Shown: positions 8,833-18,891, numbered from the stretch's first letter. The stretch: 64,000 nucleotides of DNA from Nitrospirota bacterium (GCA_963721805.1 CAVRJY010000001.1:512001-576000), one strand, 5' to 3'. Program-made: numbers and translations. Notes: generated from the letters alone by a model not told the origin.

Positions 8833-10146
8833 ATGGCCAAGCTCGTCCTGCTGATATTCATAATCGTGCTCGGGGCGTTCGGTCTCCTGGCCGCCTACAA
8901 CCACGGCACCACGGACATAAACGTCCCTTTTGACAAGACCTACGAGGTCTCGAAGCCCGGCCTGATACTGATGTCCTCGGCGGTGGGCGCGCTGCTGATG
9001 TTCGTCATGTTCGTCGTGCGCGACACGCGGAGGTTCCTGCTCACCTACCAGTTCCAGCGCAACCGCAAGCGCGAGGAGCGCATAGACAACCGCTACTCCA
9101 AGGCCATGAACGCGATGCTTGCCGAGGACGAGGCCGAGGCGCGCGCCGCTTTAGAGGGCATACTCAAGGAGGACCCGGAGCACACCGGGGCGCTCCTGAG
9201 GCTCGGCGACCTGGAGCTCAGGCGCAAGGAGTACCAGGCCGCGCTCGAGTGCTACCGCAGGGCGCTTGCGATCTCCCCGCGGAGCCTCGAGGTGCTTTTC
9301 AGCATAGTGACCGCCAACGAGAAGCTCCACCGCACCGTCGACGCGATCCGGTATATCGAGGAGATCCTCGAGATAGACCCCGACAACCTCAACGCCCACC
9401 ACCGGAAGCGCTCGATCCTCGAGGCCCAGGGCCGGTGGGAAGACGTCATGGACCTTCAAAAGCAGATCGTCCGCTACGAGCACGACGGCCACCAGCGCTC
9501 GGTCGAGCAGGCCCTGCTTCTGGGCTACCGCTACGAGGTCAGCCGCGAGCACCTTGAGCGCGGCGACGTCGAGAAGGCGATGAAGGGCTTCAAGGCCATA
9601 CTCAAGGACGACAAGGACTTCATCCCGGCTTACCTGGGCGCGGCCGAGGGGCTGTTTCTGTCCGAGCCCGAGCCGGAGGAGGCCGTGGAGTTCCTGGAGA
9701 AGGGCTACGAGCAGACCTCGTCGCACATCATACTGGCTCGGCTCGAAGACATGCTGATAAACCTCGGCGAGCCCGCCCGGCTTATCAAGACATACAGGGC
9801 CGCCATAGCGCGCGACCCAAAAAACGACATGCTCAAGTTCTTCCTCGCGAAGCTCTACTACAGGCTCGAGATGATCGACGACGCCTTCTCGATCATGTCC
9901 GCGCTCGATATGCCGCAGCCGTTCCCGGAGTTCTCGACCCTGATGGGGCAGCTCCACCTCAGGCGCGGCCAGTGCGAGCGCGCCGTGGAGGAGTTCAAGA
10001 AGTCCCTCGACTTCAAACGCGCCATCCTGGTGCCCTACTGCTGCTCCGCCTGCGGCACCGTGGCGCAGGAGTGGTCCGGCCGCTGCGCCAACTGCGGCGG
10101 ATGGAACACCTACAAGTTCAAGTTCAATGTCTCCTGCAAGCTCTAG
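8833..10146 (+). CDS. LapB-like TPR protein with N-terminal LapA-like TM region and C-terminal rubredoxin-like motif
   Basis: Two TM segments, TPR repeats, C-terminal CSACG...WSGRCANCGGW. Confidence 0.8.
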   Translation: MAKLVLLIFIIVLGAFGLLAAYNHGTTDINVPFDKTYEVSKPGLILMSSAVGALLMFVMFVVRDTRRFLLTYQFQRNRKREERIDNRYSKAMNAMLAEDEAEARAALEGILKEDPEHTGALLRLGDLELRRKEYQAALECYRRALAISPRSLEVLFSIVTANEKLHRTVDAIRYIEEILEIDPDNLNAHHRKRSILEAQGRWEDVMDLQKQIVRYEHDGHQRSVEQALLLGYRYEVSREHLERGDVEKAMKGFKAILKDDKDFIPAYLGAAEGLFLSEPEPEEAVEFLEKGYEQTSSHIILARLEDMLINLGEPARLIKTYRAAIARDPKNDMLKFFLAKLYYRLEMIDDAFSIMSALDMPQPFPEFSTLMGQLHLRRGQCERAVEEFKKSLDFKRAILVPYCCSACGTVAQEWSGRCANCGGWNTYKFKFNVSCKL

Positions 10147-10732
10147 CCGGCTGCGAGTCGTCCTGGACACGAGCCTCTTCGTCAACCCCGACGTGAGGGC
10201 CAGCCTTGGGGAGAACCCGACCGAGGCGATCACCAGGTTTCTGGAGCTCGCCTCGCGCATACCCTCGGTGGAGTTTTACATGCCCCCCTCCGTGTTTGAG
10301 GAACTCATGAACTTCGTCGAGCGCGGGCGGCTGCCCGCGGCGCTCCTGATCCACCTGATACAGAAGTCCCCGCAGCGGTACGAACTCATGACCCCGGCCG
10401 CGTTCATATACGAGCTCATCGAGGAGATCAGGGAGCGCATCAACCGCGGCCTGCGCGTGGCCGAGACCGCGGTGCGCGGCGCGGCCTTAAAGGGCGGCGT
10501 GGACGAGGTGATCAAGGACCTGCGGCGGAAGTACCGCGAGGCGCTCAGGGAGGGGATCATCGACAGCCGCGAGGACGTGGACCTGATCCTGCTCGCGCGC
10601 GAACTGGACGCCACGCTCGTAAGCGCCGACCAGGGGGCGGTGAAGTGGGCCGACAAGCTCGGCATCAAGTGGCTGCTGCCGGAGAAATTCAAGGAATACC
10701 TCGAGGCGCTGGAGCAGAGTCCCGCCGAATAG
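10127..10732 (+). CDS. HARP: RNA-free ribonuclease P (Aq_880-like PIN-domain protein)
   Basis: VLDTSLFVNP, FYMPPSV, RERINRGLRVAE, LRRKYREALREGIIDSREDVD and VSADQG match the Aquifex Aq_880 motifs, including the catalytic Asp residues. Confidence 0.92.
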   Translation: MSPASSSRLRVVLDTSLFVNPDVRASLGENPTEAITRFLELASRIPSVEFYMPPSVFEELMNFVERGRLPAALLIHLIQKSPQRYELMTPAAFIYELIEEIRERINRGLRVAETAVRGAALKGGVDEVIKDLRRKYREALREGIIDSREDVDLILLARELDATLVSADQGAVKWADKLGIKWLLPEKFKEYLEALEQSPAE

Positions 10733-10878
10733 CGCTTCTAAGGCGGTGACGGTTTTCTCCCGGAGCGATGAGTCCATGGCGGTCGAGTGCCCTGGGTGAA
10801 GCGGAGGGGTGAACCTTATAAGCCGCCGTATCCCGCGATTTCAGTCTCTTGAGGCCGGAAGCAATCTCTTGACAGGCG

Positions 10879-11994
10879 CTATTTTGCGGGCTGCTTGTCT
10901 TTGGGACCTTTTGCCGTGGGGGTGTCGGCGGGTTTTTCGGCCGGATGCAGGGCCGGATCGTCGGGGTGTGCCTGCTTGTAGCGGTCCGAAAGGTACTGGA
11001 AGATCTGGACCCTTCCGTTTACGCTGTCCGCGACGTAGACCTTGTCGTTGTGGTCAACGAAGATGTCCTCCGGGATCCGGAACGTCCCGAGGCTGCTGCC
11101 GGTCGCGCCGACGAAGAGATAGACGAGGCCCTTGGAGTCGAATATCTGGAAATTGCCGAACGCGGCGTCCGTGATGAAGACATACCCGTCGTCGCTTATG
11201 GCGATGCCCTTCGGCCTGGCCACGCTCCCCGGGGTGTCGCCGTGCTGGCTGAATGCGCGCGAGGTCTTGCCGTCGGGGCTTATCACCTGTATCCTGAAGT
11301 TCATCGTGTCGACGACGTAGACGTTGCCGTCCTTATCCAGCGCGATGCCGGTCGGAAAATGGATCTGGCCTACATCGATGCCCCCTGAGGCGAGCTGTCC
11401 CACGTATTCGCCTTTATCGTCGAATATGAAAATCCCCTCCAGCTTCGAGTCGCTCACGTACATGAGCTTGCGCACCGGGTCGAGCGCCACCCCTACGGGG
11501 TTTCTAAGCTTGCCTTTCGCCGTAATGTACTTGAGCTTGGAGCTGTCCAGGTCGAAGATATATACCGAGCCGGCCCCGGCGTCCGCCACGGCGATCAGCC
11601 TGTTTGTGAGGTCGACCGCGATCGACATGGGGGTCTTCCAGCCGTATGGATGCGCCAGGAAGTCGAGCGTGTTTTTCTGCAGGTTGATGACAGCCACCTT
11701 ATGGAGCTGGATGTCGGAGACGTAGATGTTCCCCTTGTCGTCGGCTGCGATGCCGTGCGGCTTGGCGAACCTGAACGTGTAATCATCGCCGAACATGGCG
11801 TCGAAGTTGCTGTTGCTCGATACGTCGAGGTCAGTGGTGATGGTTTTGAGGAGCTTTATCTTCGCGGGCTCGGGGGGCTTCGGCCATACGTAGCCGGAGA
11901 GGTCCATCGGTTTGCGCGGGGCCGCGCAGCCGACGATCATCGCCGCGAGGATGGCAAGGCTTACAGCCAGGATGGATTTATTGAGCTTGTACAC
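10879..11994 (-). CDS. NHL-repeat beta-propeller lipoprotein
   Basis: Lipobox IVGC and six P-x-G/D-I-A/F-x-D NHL repeats. Confidence 0.88.
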   Translation of the reverse strand: MYKLNKSILAVSLAILAAMIVGCAAPRKPMDLSGYVWPKPPEPAKIKLLKTITTDLDVSSNSNFDAMFGDDYTFRFAKPHGIAADDKGNIYVSDIQLHKVAVINLQKNTLDFLAHPYGWKTPMSIAVDLTNRLIAVADAGAGSVYIFDLDSSKLKYITAKGKLRNPVGVALDPVRKLMYVSDSKLEGIFIFDDKGEYVGQLASGGIDVGQIHFPTGIALDKDGNVYVVDTMNFRIQVISPDGKTSRAFSQHGDTPGSVARPKGIAISDDGYVFITDAAFGNFQIFDSKGLVYLFVGATGSSLGTFRIPEDIFVDHNDKVYVADSVNGRVQIFQYLSDRYKQAHPDDPALHPAEKPADTPTAKGPKDKQPAK

Positions 11995-12103
11995 TGATCC
12001 ATTTTAATTAAACTTCCGCCCCCGAGTCAAGGCGGCCCAGGTGACGTCCGGCGCGATATGTGATATATTTATGTCATATACGTATATAAGGGGTGGGGGT
12101 GCG

Positions 12104-15100
12104 TTGAATTACTTAGGGCTTGATGCCGGCTCCGTAAGCGTAAAGGCCGTTGTGCTGGATCCCTCCGGAAGCAGGGTGAGGTCGACCTATGTCCTGCACA
12201 GGGGACATCCCCTGCCTGTGGCGCTCTCGGTGCTCAGGGAGTTCAGCTCCGCTTCAGAGTGCCTCGTGTCCGTCACAGGTTCCGCCGGGCGGCTCATATC
12301 CTCCGTGCTGGGGCTGGAGCCCATAAACGAGATCGTCGCCCAGTCCTATGCCGCGAGGCGGCTCTATCCCCACGTCCGCACCGTGATCGAGATGGGGGGC
12401 GAGGACTCGAAGCTCATCCTGCTTGGCGAGGCCGGGGTCAGGGACTTCGCGATGAACTCGGTCTGCGCCGCTGGCACCGGCTCGTTCCTGGACCAGCAGG
12501 CCGAGCGGCTCAGGCTCCGGGTGGAGGAGCTCGGCGAGCTCTCGCTTCAGTGCAAAAAGCCGCCCCGCATAGCCGGGCGGTGCAGCGTGTTCGCCAAAAG
12601 CGACATGATCCACCTCCAGCAGATCGCCACTCCGGTTCACGATATCGTGGCCGGGCTGTGCTTCGCGGTGGCCCGCAACTTCAAGGGCTCGATCGCGCGC
12701 GGCCGCACGGTCGCGGCTCCCGTGGCGTTTCAGGGCGGGGTCGCCGCCAATGTGGGCATGGTGCGCGCCTTCAGGGAGATATTCGGCCTCGAGGAGCTGT
12801 TCGTGCCCGAGGAGTTCGCGCTTACGGGCGCGATCGGCGCAGCGCTGAAGGGCATCGAGGAGGGCACCGCCCGCGCCATCGACCTCAGCGCTCTCGAGCG
12901 CTACATCGACGAAGGCCACACTGCGCGCGAGGGCCACGCGCCGCTGATATCCGTTGGCGACGGGTTTAAGGCCCGCCACCTCGACCCGGACCTTTCGGTC
13001 ATGCACCCGCCGAAGGCCGGTCAGCCTGACGCCTATATGGGCATAGATATCGGCTCGATCAGCACGAACCTCGCGGTGACAGACGCCGAAGGCCGCCTGC
13101 TCGCCAAGCGCTACCTGATGACCGCCGGCCGGCCGATCGAGGCCGTAAGCCGGGGACTCGCCGAGATAGCCGCCGAGGTTGGGGGCAAGGTCAATATCCG
13201 CGGCGTCGGCACCACGGGATCGGGCCGGTACATGATAGCGGACTACGTCGGGGCCGACATCGTCAAAAACGAGATCACCGCCCAGGCCACCGCGGCCGCG
13301 CACATCGACCCCACCGTGGATACGATCTTCGAGATCGGCGGGCAGGACTCGAAGTTCATATCGCTTAGAGACGGCGTGATCGTGGACTTCGAGATGAACA
13401 AGGCCTGCGCCGCAGGCACGGGATCGTTTTTGGAGGAGCAGGCCGAGAAGCTCGGCATCTCGATCAAGGGCGAGTTTCAGGACGCCGCGTTTTCATCGGA
13501 TAACCCCTGCAAGCTCGGCGAGCGCTGCACCGTGTTCATGGAAAACTCGCTGATGGCTAATCTCCAAACCGGCACCGCGACCCCGGACCTCCTGGCCGGG
13601 CTTTCGTACTCAATCGTCCAAAACTACATAAACCGCGTAGTCGCCGGCCGCGCGATAGGCAAGCGGATCTTCTTTCAGGGCGGCGTCGCGTTTAACAAAT
13701 CCGTGGTCGCCGCGTTCGAGAAATACACCGGAGAGACCGTCACCGTCCCGCCGAACCACGACGTCACCGGCGCGATAGGCATGGCGCTCATCGCCCAGCG
13801 CAACGCGCGGGACAACTCTGCCGGGCGCTCTTCGTTTAAGGGCTTCGAGTACTCGAGCCGCCCCTATACGGTCTCGTCGTTTGAGTGCCGGGGCTGCGAG
13901 AACCTCTGCGAGATCAACCGCGTGCAGGTCGAGGGACACCAGGAAAAGCTGTTCTACGGCGGCAGGTGCGAGAAATACGACATCCGCAAGAAACGCGCCT
14001 CCGGGCCCCCGGACCTCTTCGCGTTCAGGGAAGAGCTGATGGCCTCGTATGTCAGGCCGCCCAAAGGGTCCCGGCCCACGGTCGGAGTCCCGCGCATATT
14101 CTATTTCGAGGAGATGCTGCCCTATTGGGCCACGCTGCTTGAGGAGCTTGGGTTTGATGCGGTACTTTCGCCGCACACGAACCGCAGCGTGGTGGACCTC
14201 GGGCTCGAGACCGTGCTCTCGGAGGCCTGTTTCCCGGTGAAGGTCGCGCTCGGGCATGTCCGGCAGCTCAAGAACTCCGGGGTCGATGCGGTCATTCTGC
14301 CGAGCTTCATCAACATGAATACCGCGAGCGAGGAGTTCGCAAGCGGCCAGGCCTGCCCGCACACCCAGACTATCCCCTATGTCGCGCGCACGGCGGTCGA
14401 GGGGCTGCGCACGGTCACCCCGGTGGTCGATGTCGCGCGCGGCCAGGAATACATGATCAGGGAACTCGGCCGGGCGTTTAGAGAGGCCGGGCTCGGGCGC
14501 GGCAAAGGGGCGATAAAACGCGCCGTGACCGCGGCCGAACGCTCGCAGGAAGCCTTCAGGCAGGCGCTGCTCGAGCGCGGGCGGATCGCGCTTGAATCGC
14601 TTGCCGGCCGCGCGGTGGTCGTGATCGGCCGGGCGTATAACGCGCTGGACCGCGGGATGAACCTCGGCGTGCCGGAGAAGCTCGCGACACTCGGGGTGCT
14701 CTCGATCCCGATGGACATGCTCCCGATAGACGATATCCGCCTCAGCGACGACTGGCCTGACATGTACTGGAGGTCGGGGCAGCGCGTGCTGCGCGCCGCG
14801 CGGTTCGTGGCGGGCCACGAGCACCTCTATCCGATCTTCATCGGCAGCTTCCTGTGCGGCCCGGACTCTTTCATACTCAAGTATTTCGCCAGGGAGCTGA
14901 TGGACAAACCGTACCTGCACCTCGAGATCGACGAGCACAGCGCCGACGCAGGTGCGATCACGCGCTGCGAGGCCTTCCTCGACAGCATCGACGGACAGAG
15001 GCGGGCCGCTCCAAAGCCGGTTGCCGTATTGCCTGTCAGGAGAGGGGCCGAGCCCTCGGGCATCGGCGGCAGGACGATCTATATCCCCAATATGTCAGAC

Positions 15101-16273
15101 CACGCCTGGGCGCTCGCCGCCGCGTTCGAACGCGCCGGGGGCCGCGCCGAGGTCCTGCCCGAGAGCGACAGCCGCTCGGTCGAGTTGGGCATGCGGCACG
15201 TCTCCGGCAAGGAGTGCTATCCCTGCGCGGTGACTACAGGCGATATGGTGCGGGCCGCAACCGACCCGGGATTCAGGCCCGAGCAGTCAGCGTTTTTCAT
15301 GCCGTCCGGCTCCGGGCCGTGCAGGTTCGGGCAGTATAACGTATTTCACAAGCAGGTGCTCGAATCGATAGGGATGGCGGACGTCCCGGTCTTCGCCCCC
15401 GTGCAGGACGATACCCTCTATGCCACGCTCGGCGTCATCGGCAAGGACTTCGTAAAGCACTCCTGGCATGGCATCGTGGCCATGGAGCTCCTGGGCAAAT
15501 GCCTGCGCGAGACACGCCCGTACGAACGCGAAACCGGAGCGTCCGACGCACTCTATGGGGATTACTTAAAGCGGCTGTATGCGGCCCTGCGCTCAGGCCG
15601 GGGCGGCGTCGAAGGCGTGCTCAGAGACATGAGGCGCGATTTCGTCGCGGTGCCGCGCACGGGCGAGCCCCGCCCCCTGATCGGCGTGATCGGCGAGATA
15701 TTCGTCCGCAGCAACCGGTTCTCCAACGAGGACCTGGTCAGAAAGATCGAGAGCTTGGGCGGCGAGGCATGGCTTTCGCCGGTCGAGGAGTGGATTTATT
15801 ACATAAATCAGATGGCGATGCGGCAGGCCTTGATAAAGCGGGACGTCTCTGTTATCATAGACACTTTCGTGAAAAGGAAGTACAAGCATTACGTCGAGCG
15901 CCGTTACAGCGGCGCGTTCGAGGGGTTCTTAAGGACGCTCCACGAGCCGGGTACGGGGGACATTCTCAGAAAGGCCGCCCCCTATGTCCACGATTCCTTC
16001 GAGGGCGAGACCGTGCTGAGCATCGGCAAGGCCGTCGACCTCTGCGAGCGCGGGGCCTCGGGGATCGTAAACGCGATGCCCTTCGGGTGCATGCCGGGCA
16101 CTATAGTGACCGCCCTGATGAGGGGCATAAGCAGGCGCTACGGCATCCCGTCGATAAGCGTGCCGTACGACGGAACAGCGTCTCCGGCCAACGCCATCGT
16201 GCTGGAGGCGTTCATGGACCAGGCGAAGGGCATGAAAAAAAGCTCAACCGCGCGGGAGACGGTCCCGCGTTAA
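12104..16273 (+). CDS. Acyl-CoA dehydratase activase (double BcrA/BadF ATPase) fused to dehydratase-like domains
   Basis: Two GxDxGS...GGxDSK...MNxxCAAGTGSFL modules followed by DUF2229-like domains. Probable TTG start at 12104. Confidence 0.9.
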   Translation: MNYLGLDAGSVSVKAVVLDPSGSRVRSTYVLHRGHPLPVALSVLREFSSASECLVSVTGSAGRLISSVLGLEPINEIVAQSYAARRLYPHVRTVIEMGGEDSKLILLGEAGVRDFAMNSVCAAGTGSFLDQQAERLRLRVEELGELSLQCKKPPRIAGRCSVFAKSDMIHLQQIATPVHDIVAGLCFAVARNFKGSIARGRTVAAPVAFQGGVAANVGMVRAFREIFGLEELFVPEEFALTGAIGAALKGIEEGTARAIDLSALERYIDEGHTAREGHAPLISVGDGFKARHLDPDLSVMHPPKAGQPDAYMGIDIGSISTNLAVTDAEGRLLAKRYLMTAGRPIEAVSRGLAEIAAEVGGKVNIRGVGTTGSGRYMIADYVGADIVKNEITAQATAAAHIDPTVDTIFEIGGQDSKFISLRDGVIVDFEMNKACAAGTGSFLEEQAEKLGISIKGEFQDAAFSSDNPCKLGERCTVFMENSLMANLQTGTATPDLLAGLSYSIVQNYINRVVAGRAIGKRIFFQGGVAFNKSVVAAFEKYTGETVTVPPNHDVTGAIGMALIAQRNARDNSAGRSSFKGFEYSSRPYTVSSFECRGCENLCEINRVQVEGHQEKLFYGGRCEKYDIRKKRASGPPDLFAFREELMASYVRPPKGSRPTVGVPRIFYFEEMLPYWATLLEELGFDAVLSPHTNRSVVDLGLETVLSEACFPVKVALGHVRQLKNSGVDAVILPSFINMNTASEEFASGQACPHTQTIPYVARTAVEGLRTVTPVVDVARGQEYMIRELGRAFREAGLGRGKGAIKRAVTAAERSQEAFRQALLERGRIALESLAGRAVVVIGRAYNALDRGMNLGVPEKLATLGVLSIPMDMLPIDDIRLSDDWPDMYWRSGQRVLRAARFVAGHEHLYPIFIGSFLCGPDSFILKYFARELMDKPYLHLEIDEHSADAGAITRCEAFLDSIDGQRRAAPKPVAVLPVRRGAEPSGIGGRTIYIPNMSDHAWALAAAFERAGGRAEVLPESDSRSVELGMRHVSGKECYPCAVTTGDMVRAATDPGFRPEQSAFFMPSGSGPCRFGQYNVFHKQVLESIGMADVPVFAPVQDDTLYATLGVIGKDFVKHSWHGIVAMELLGKCLRETRPYERETGASDALYGDYLKRLYAALRSGRGGVEGVLRDMRRDFVAVPRTGEPRPLIGVIGEIFVRSNRFSNEDLVRKIESLGGEAWLSPVEEWIYYINQMAMRQALIKRDVSVIIDTFVKRKYKHYVERRYSGAFEGFLRTLHEPGTGDILRKAAPYVHDSFEGETVLSIGKAVDLCERGASGIVNAMPFGCMPGTIVTALMRGISRRYGIPSISVPYDGTASPANAIVLEAFMDQAKGMKKSSTARETVPR

Positions 16274-16297
16274 TCAATATTGCGAGGAGGTGATCTG

Positions 16298-16393
16298 GTG
16301 GGTAGTGTCGTAAAGTGGCGCAAGAAGAAGATGAGCAAGCACAAGCACCGCAAGCTCAGGAAGAAGATGAAGTTCTCCCGCAGGAACAAGTAG
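16298..16393 (+). CDS. bS22-like (AURKAIP1/COX24 domain) small basic ribosomal protein, 31 aa
   Basis: MGSVVKWRKKKMSKHKHRKLRKKMKFSRRNK, with SD GAGGAGGTGA before a GTG start. Absent from the ORF track. Confidence 0.88.
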   Translation: MGSVVKWRKKKMSKHKHRKLRKKMKFSRRNK

Positions 16394-16544
16394 CGCGCTC
16401 AAGCACCCCGGGCAGCCCGTCGGCCCCATTGCAGCCGATGGCAAAAAGATTTTAGAGAACCGCCCGGTCTGGCCAGCCGATTACTCGTACCTCTCAAGTG
16501 AAAAGCCTTATATCAGGGAAGGGACAGTTGCGCCCGGAGCTTTT

Positions 16545-17294
16545 TTAAGGCAGCCTGCCGACCATGACGCCCACAAAGGGCATCCCGGCCGCGTAGTCCG
16601 CGAAAACCACCTTCTTGACCTCGCCCCCGGAGCCCTTCGAACCCGAGGCATGGATCATATAGGCCACGCCTCCCTCGCGCTTGATGATCCCGATATGGCC
16701 GACTATCTCCCCTGCCTTGCGCCTCGAGGCGTCCTTGACGAAATATATGATGTCCCCGTCCCTGAGTTTGGGGATGATCTTTGGAATGCTGGCTGACATG
16801 ATGACCGGGACGGTCTTAATCCCGCGGCTGCCCTTGTATCCTACAAACGGCGCGCCGAGGGCGGTCGTGATATCTTCGCCCCACCTGCCGCTTCTGAGCA
16901 TGTCCTCGCCGTACTGGAACCGTTCCGCGTAATTGAGCACCTTGCCTTGAGGGTCGAGGCGGCCCTGTCCGGGAAACCTCATCCGAAGCGCGGCGTTTAC
17001 GGCCCCGGCCGGGGAATCCGAGAGCGCGAGCTCCGCGGCCCTGAACGTCAGGTACATGCAGTCCACGTGGTCGTCCGCCACTATCGCATTGCGGGTTACG
17101 TATGCGCCCATGGGGTCGGTGTCATAGGGGGTGCCGATGAACTCTCCGGCCCAGTATGCGATCCGTTGATTTAGAGGGGAGTTGCTCATCGCGGCCTGCC
17201 GGGCCTGGATATCGGCGTCGGGCATGAAGGCTTGGGCCAGGGCCGGGGTGATGAGGATGAGGGATATGAGTGCGGTAATCCTTAACTTTCTCAC
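16545..17294 (-). CDS. Secreted NlpC/P60-superfamily (DUF1460-like) cell-wall amidase
   Basis: Signal peptide; FIGTPY, VDC (catalytic Cys), GHIGI and IHAS motifs. GTG start inferred. Confidence 0.7.
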   Translation of the reverse strand: MRKLRITALISLILITPALAQAFMPDADIQARQAAMSNSPLNQRIAYWAGEFIGTPYDTDPMGAYVTRNAIVADDHVDCMYLTFRAAELALSDSPAGAVNAALRMRFPGQGRLDPQGKVLNYAERFQYGEDMLRSGRWGEDITTALGAPFVGYKGSRGIKTVPVIMSASIPKIIPKLRDGDIIYFVKDASRRKAGEIVGHIGIIKREGGVAYMIHASGSKGSGGEVKKVVFADYAAGMPFVGVMVGRLP

Positions 17295-17372
17295 TTTTTT
17301 AATATAACCCGGCCGCGTGTTATAATACCAGAGGCTTATTAACGTCAAATAACGGCAAGGAGCGAACAAAAA

Positions 17373-17678
17373 ATGAAGCGGATTTTTACGGTATTGGCAC
17401 TGGCGGCATGCGCGTTAATGCTCACGGTCTCGATGGCATTCGCGGTTGACAGCAACAACCTCAGCGGCAAGGTCCTTGACACGGTCAACAGCGGCGGCTA
17501 CACCTATGCCCAGATCGACGTCAAGGGCGAGAAGGTCTGGGTCGCGGTCCCCGAGGCCAAGGTTACGAAGGGCAAGGTCGCGTCGTTTCAGCCCGGCATG
17601 CCTATGAAGAACTTCAAGAGCAAAACTCTAAATCGCACGTTCCCCGTGATCTATTTCTCGGGCGGCCTCGCCAAGTAG
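17373..17678 (+). CDS. Small exported protein (NrfJ-like)
   Basis: Signal peptide ending AFA; GKVLDT..SGGYTY...WVAVP...FxSKTLNRTF motif. Confidence 0.65.
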   Translation: MKRIFTVLALAACALMLTVSMAFAVDSNNLSGKVLDTVNSGGYTYAQIDVKGEKVWVAVPEAKVTKGKVASFQPGMPMKNFKSKTLNRTFPVIYFSGGLAK

Positions 17679-17705
17679 GCAGCGCCCGCAACTGCCGCGC
17701 CTGAT

Positions 17706-17737
17706 ACATCCCCCCTGTCCGCAGGGGGGATGTTTTT
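17706..17737 (+). terminator. Intrinsic terminator
   Basis: 12-bp stem ACATCCCCCCTG/CAGGGGGGATGT followed by a T-run. Confidence 0.75.
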
Positions 17738-17758
17738 ATCCGCGGTCAGGCCTCTATC

Positions 17759-18172
17759 TTACTGCACGACCTCTATCTTGCCCTCCATGCCCTTCTCGCG
17801 GTGGCTCTCGAAGAACAGGAGCTTCTTGTCGCAATAAAACGGGTAGGTGCCGGTCTTGGTCGGCGTGAACTTGATGACCGAGCCATCCGACGAGATCGCC
17901 TCCTTGAACTTCATCCCGGCCTCGGGCGACTCCATCATTATATCGTGCGGCACAAAGCCCTTGGTCTTCTTCACGTGGAGCTCGACCGGGACGTTCACCT
18001 TCACGATTATGCGGTCGGGGTCGAAGAAGTACTCCCCGCCGAGTACGTCCACGACCTGTACGCCCTGGGCGTTGACAGAGGCGGTAACGGTCTTTTCCTC
18101 ATGCGTGCCGGCTGCGTAGGCCACCCCGGCAAGGCAGGCGGCGGCGATAAGCGCTATCAGGACTTTCTTCAT
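17759..18172 (-). CDS. Exported cupredoxin-domain protein
   Basis: Signal peptide and H...C...H...M type-1 copper ligand pattern (PHDI, FYCDK, SHREKGM). Confidence 0.85.
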   Translation of the reverse strand: MKKVLIALIAAACLAGVAYAAGTHEEKTVTASVNAQGVQVVDVLGGEYFFDPDRIIVKVNVPVELHVKKTKGFVPHDIMMESPEAGMKFKEAISSDGSVIKFTPTKTGTYPFYCDKKLLFFESHREKGMEGKIEVVQ

Positions 18173-18216
18173 CTGTTGATCCTCCTATGGGTGTAATACC
18201 CACATTATCCCGCACG

Positions 18217-18374
18217 CCGGGGCTATGCGCAAGCGATAATATCGAGCTATACTAAGCGTATGAAGGTCATAGCCCTAAACGGCAGCCCGCGCACCGGGGC
18301 TATGCGCAAGCGATAATATCGAGCTATACTAAGCGTATGAAGGTCATAGCCCTAAACGGCAGCCCGCGCACCGG
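18217..18374. repeat. Exact 77-bp tandem duplication covering the promoter and start of the flavoprotein gene
   Basis: 18217-18293 equals 18294-18370, bounded by CCGG. Confidence 0.95.
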
Positions 18375-18891
18375 CGGCAACACCGAGCTGCTCCTCGACG
18401 CCGCGATAGAGGGCGCGGGGGGCGCTGTCACCGTATTCAGGCTCAACGATATGAATATCAGGGCCTGCCAGAACTGCGGCGGCTGCGACAAGACCGGCAT
18501 CTGCGTGATGCGCGACGACATGGACGCGATATACGACGCCATACGCACGGCAGACCGCATTATACTCGCAAGCCCGATCTACTTCATGGCGCTCTCGGCC
18601 CAGATAAAGGCGATGATGGACCGCTGCCAGGCGCTCTGGTGCGAGAAGTACCTCCTCGGTCGCAAGTCCGTGAAGGACGGCTGCCGGGGGCTGCTGCTGG
18701 TGGTCGGCGGGCTTAAGCGCGAATCGGGGATCAGGTGCTGCGAGACCTCGGCGACCGCGTTTTTCCGCTCTATCGGGGTCGAAAAGCACGAGTCCCTCGG
18801 CTTCGTCGGCATAGACGGGAAGGGCGATATACTCACGCACCCCACCGCACTTGGTGAGGCCCGCGCAAAGGGCGCGGCGCTCGTCGGCTAG
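18337..18891 (+). CDS. Iron-sulfur flavoprotein / NADPH-dependent FMN reductase family
   Basis: GSPRTGGNT, CxxCxxC-x5-C and ASPIYF motifs. Confidence 0.9.
   Translation: MKVIALNGSPRTGGNTELLLDAAIEGAGGAVTVFRLNDMNIRACQNCGGCDKTGICVMRDDMDAIYDAIRTADRIILASPIYFMALSAQIKAMMDRCQALWCEKYLLGRKSVKDGCRGLLLVVGGLKRESGIRCCETSATAFFRSIGVEKHESLGFVGIDGKGDILTHPTALGEARAKGAALVG

Noticed and set aside
10733..10878. Intergenic segment after HARP as 6S, SRP or RNase P RNA
   Set aside because: Some pairing is possible (ATGGCGGT/GCCGCCGT), but there are no diagnostic motifs and it is too short for rnpB.
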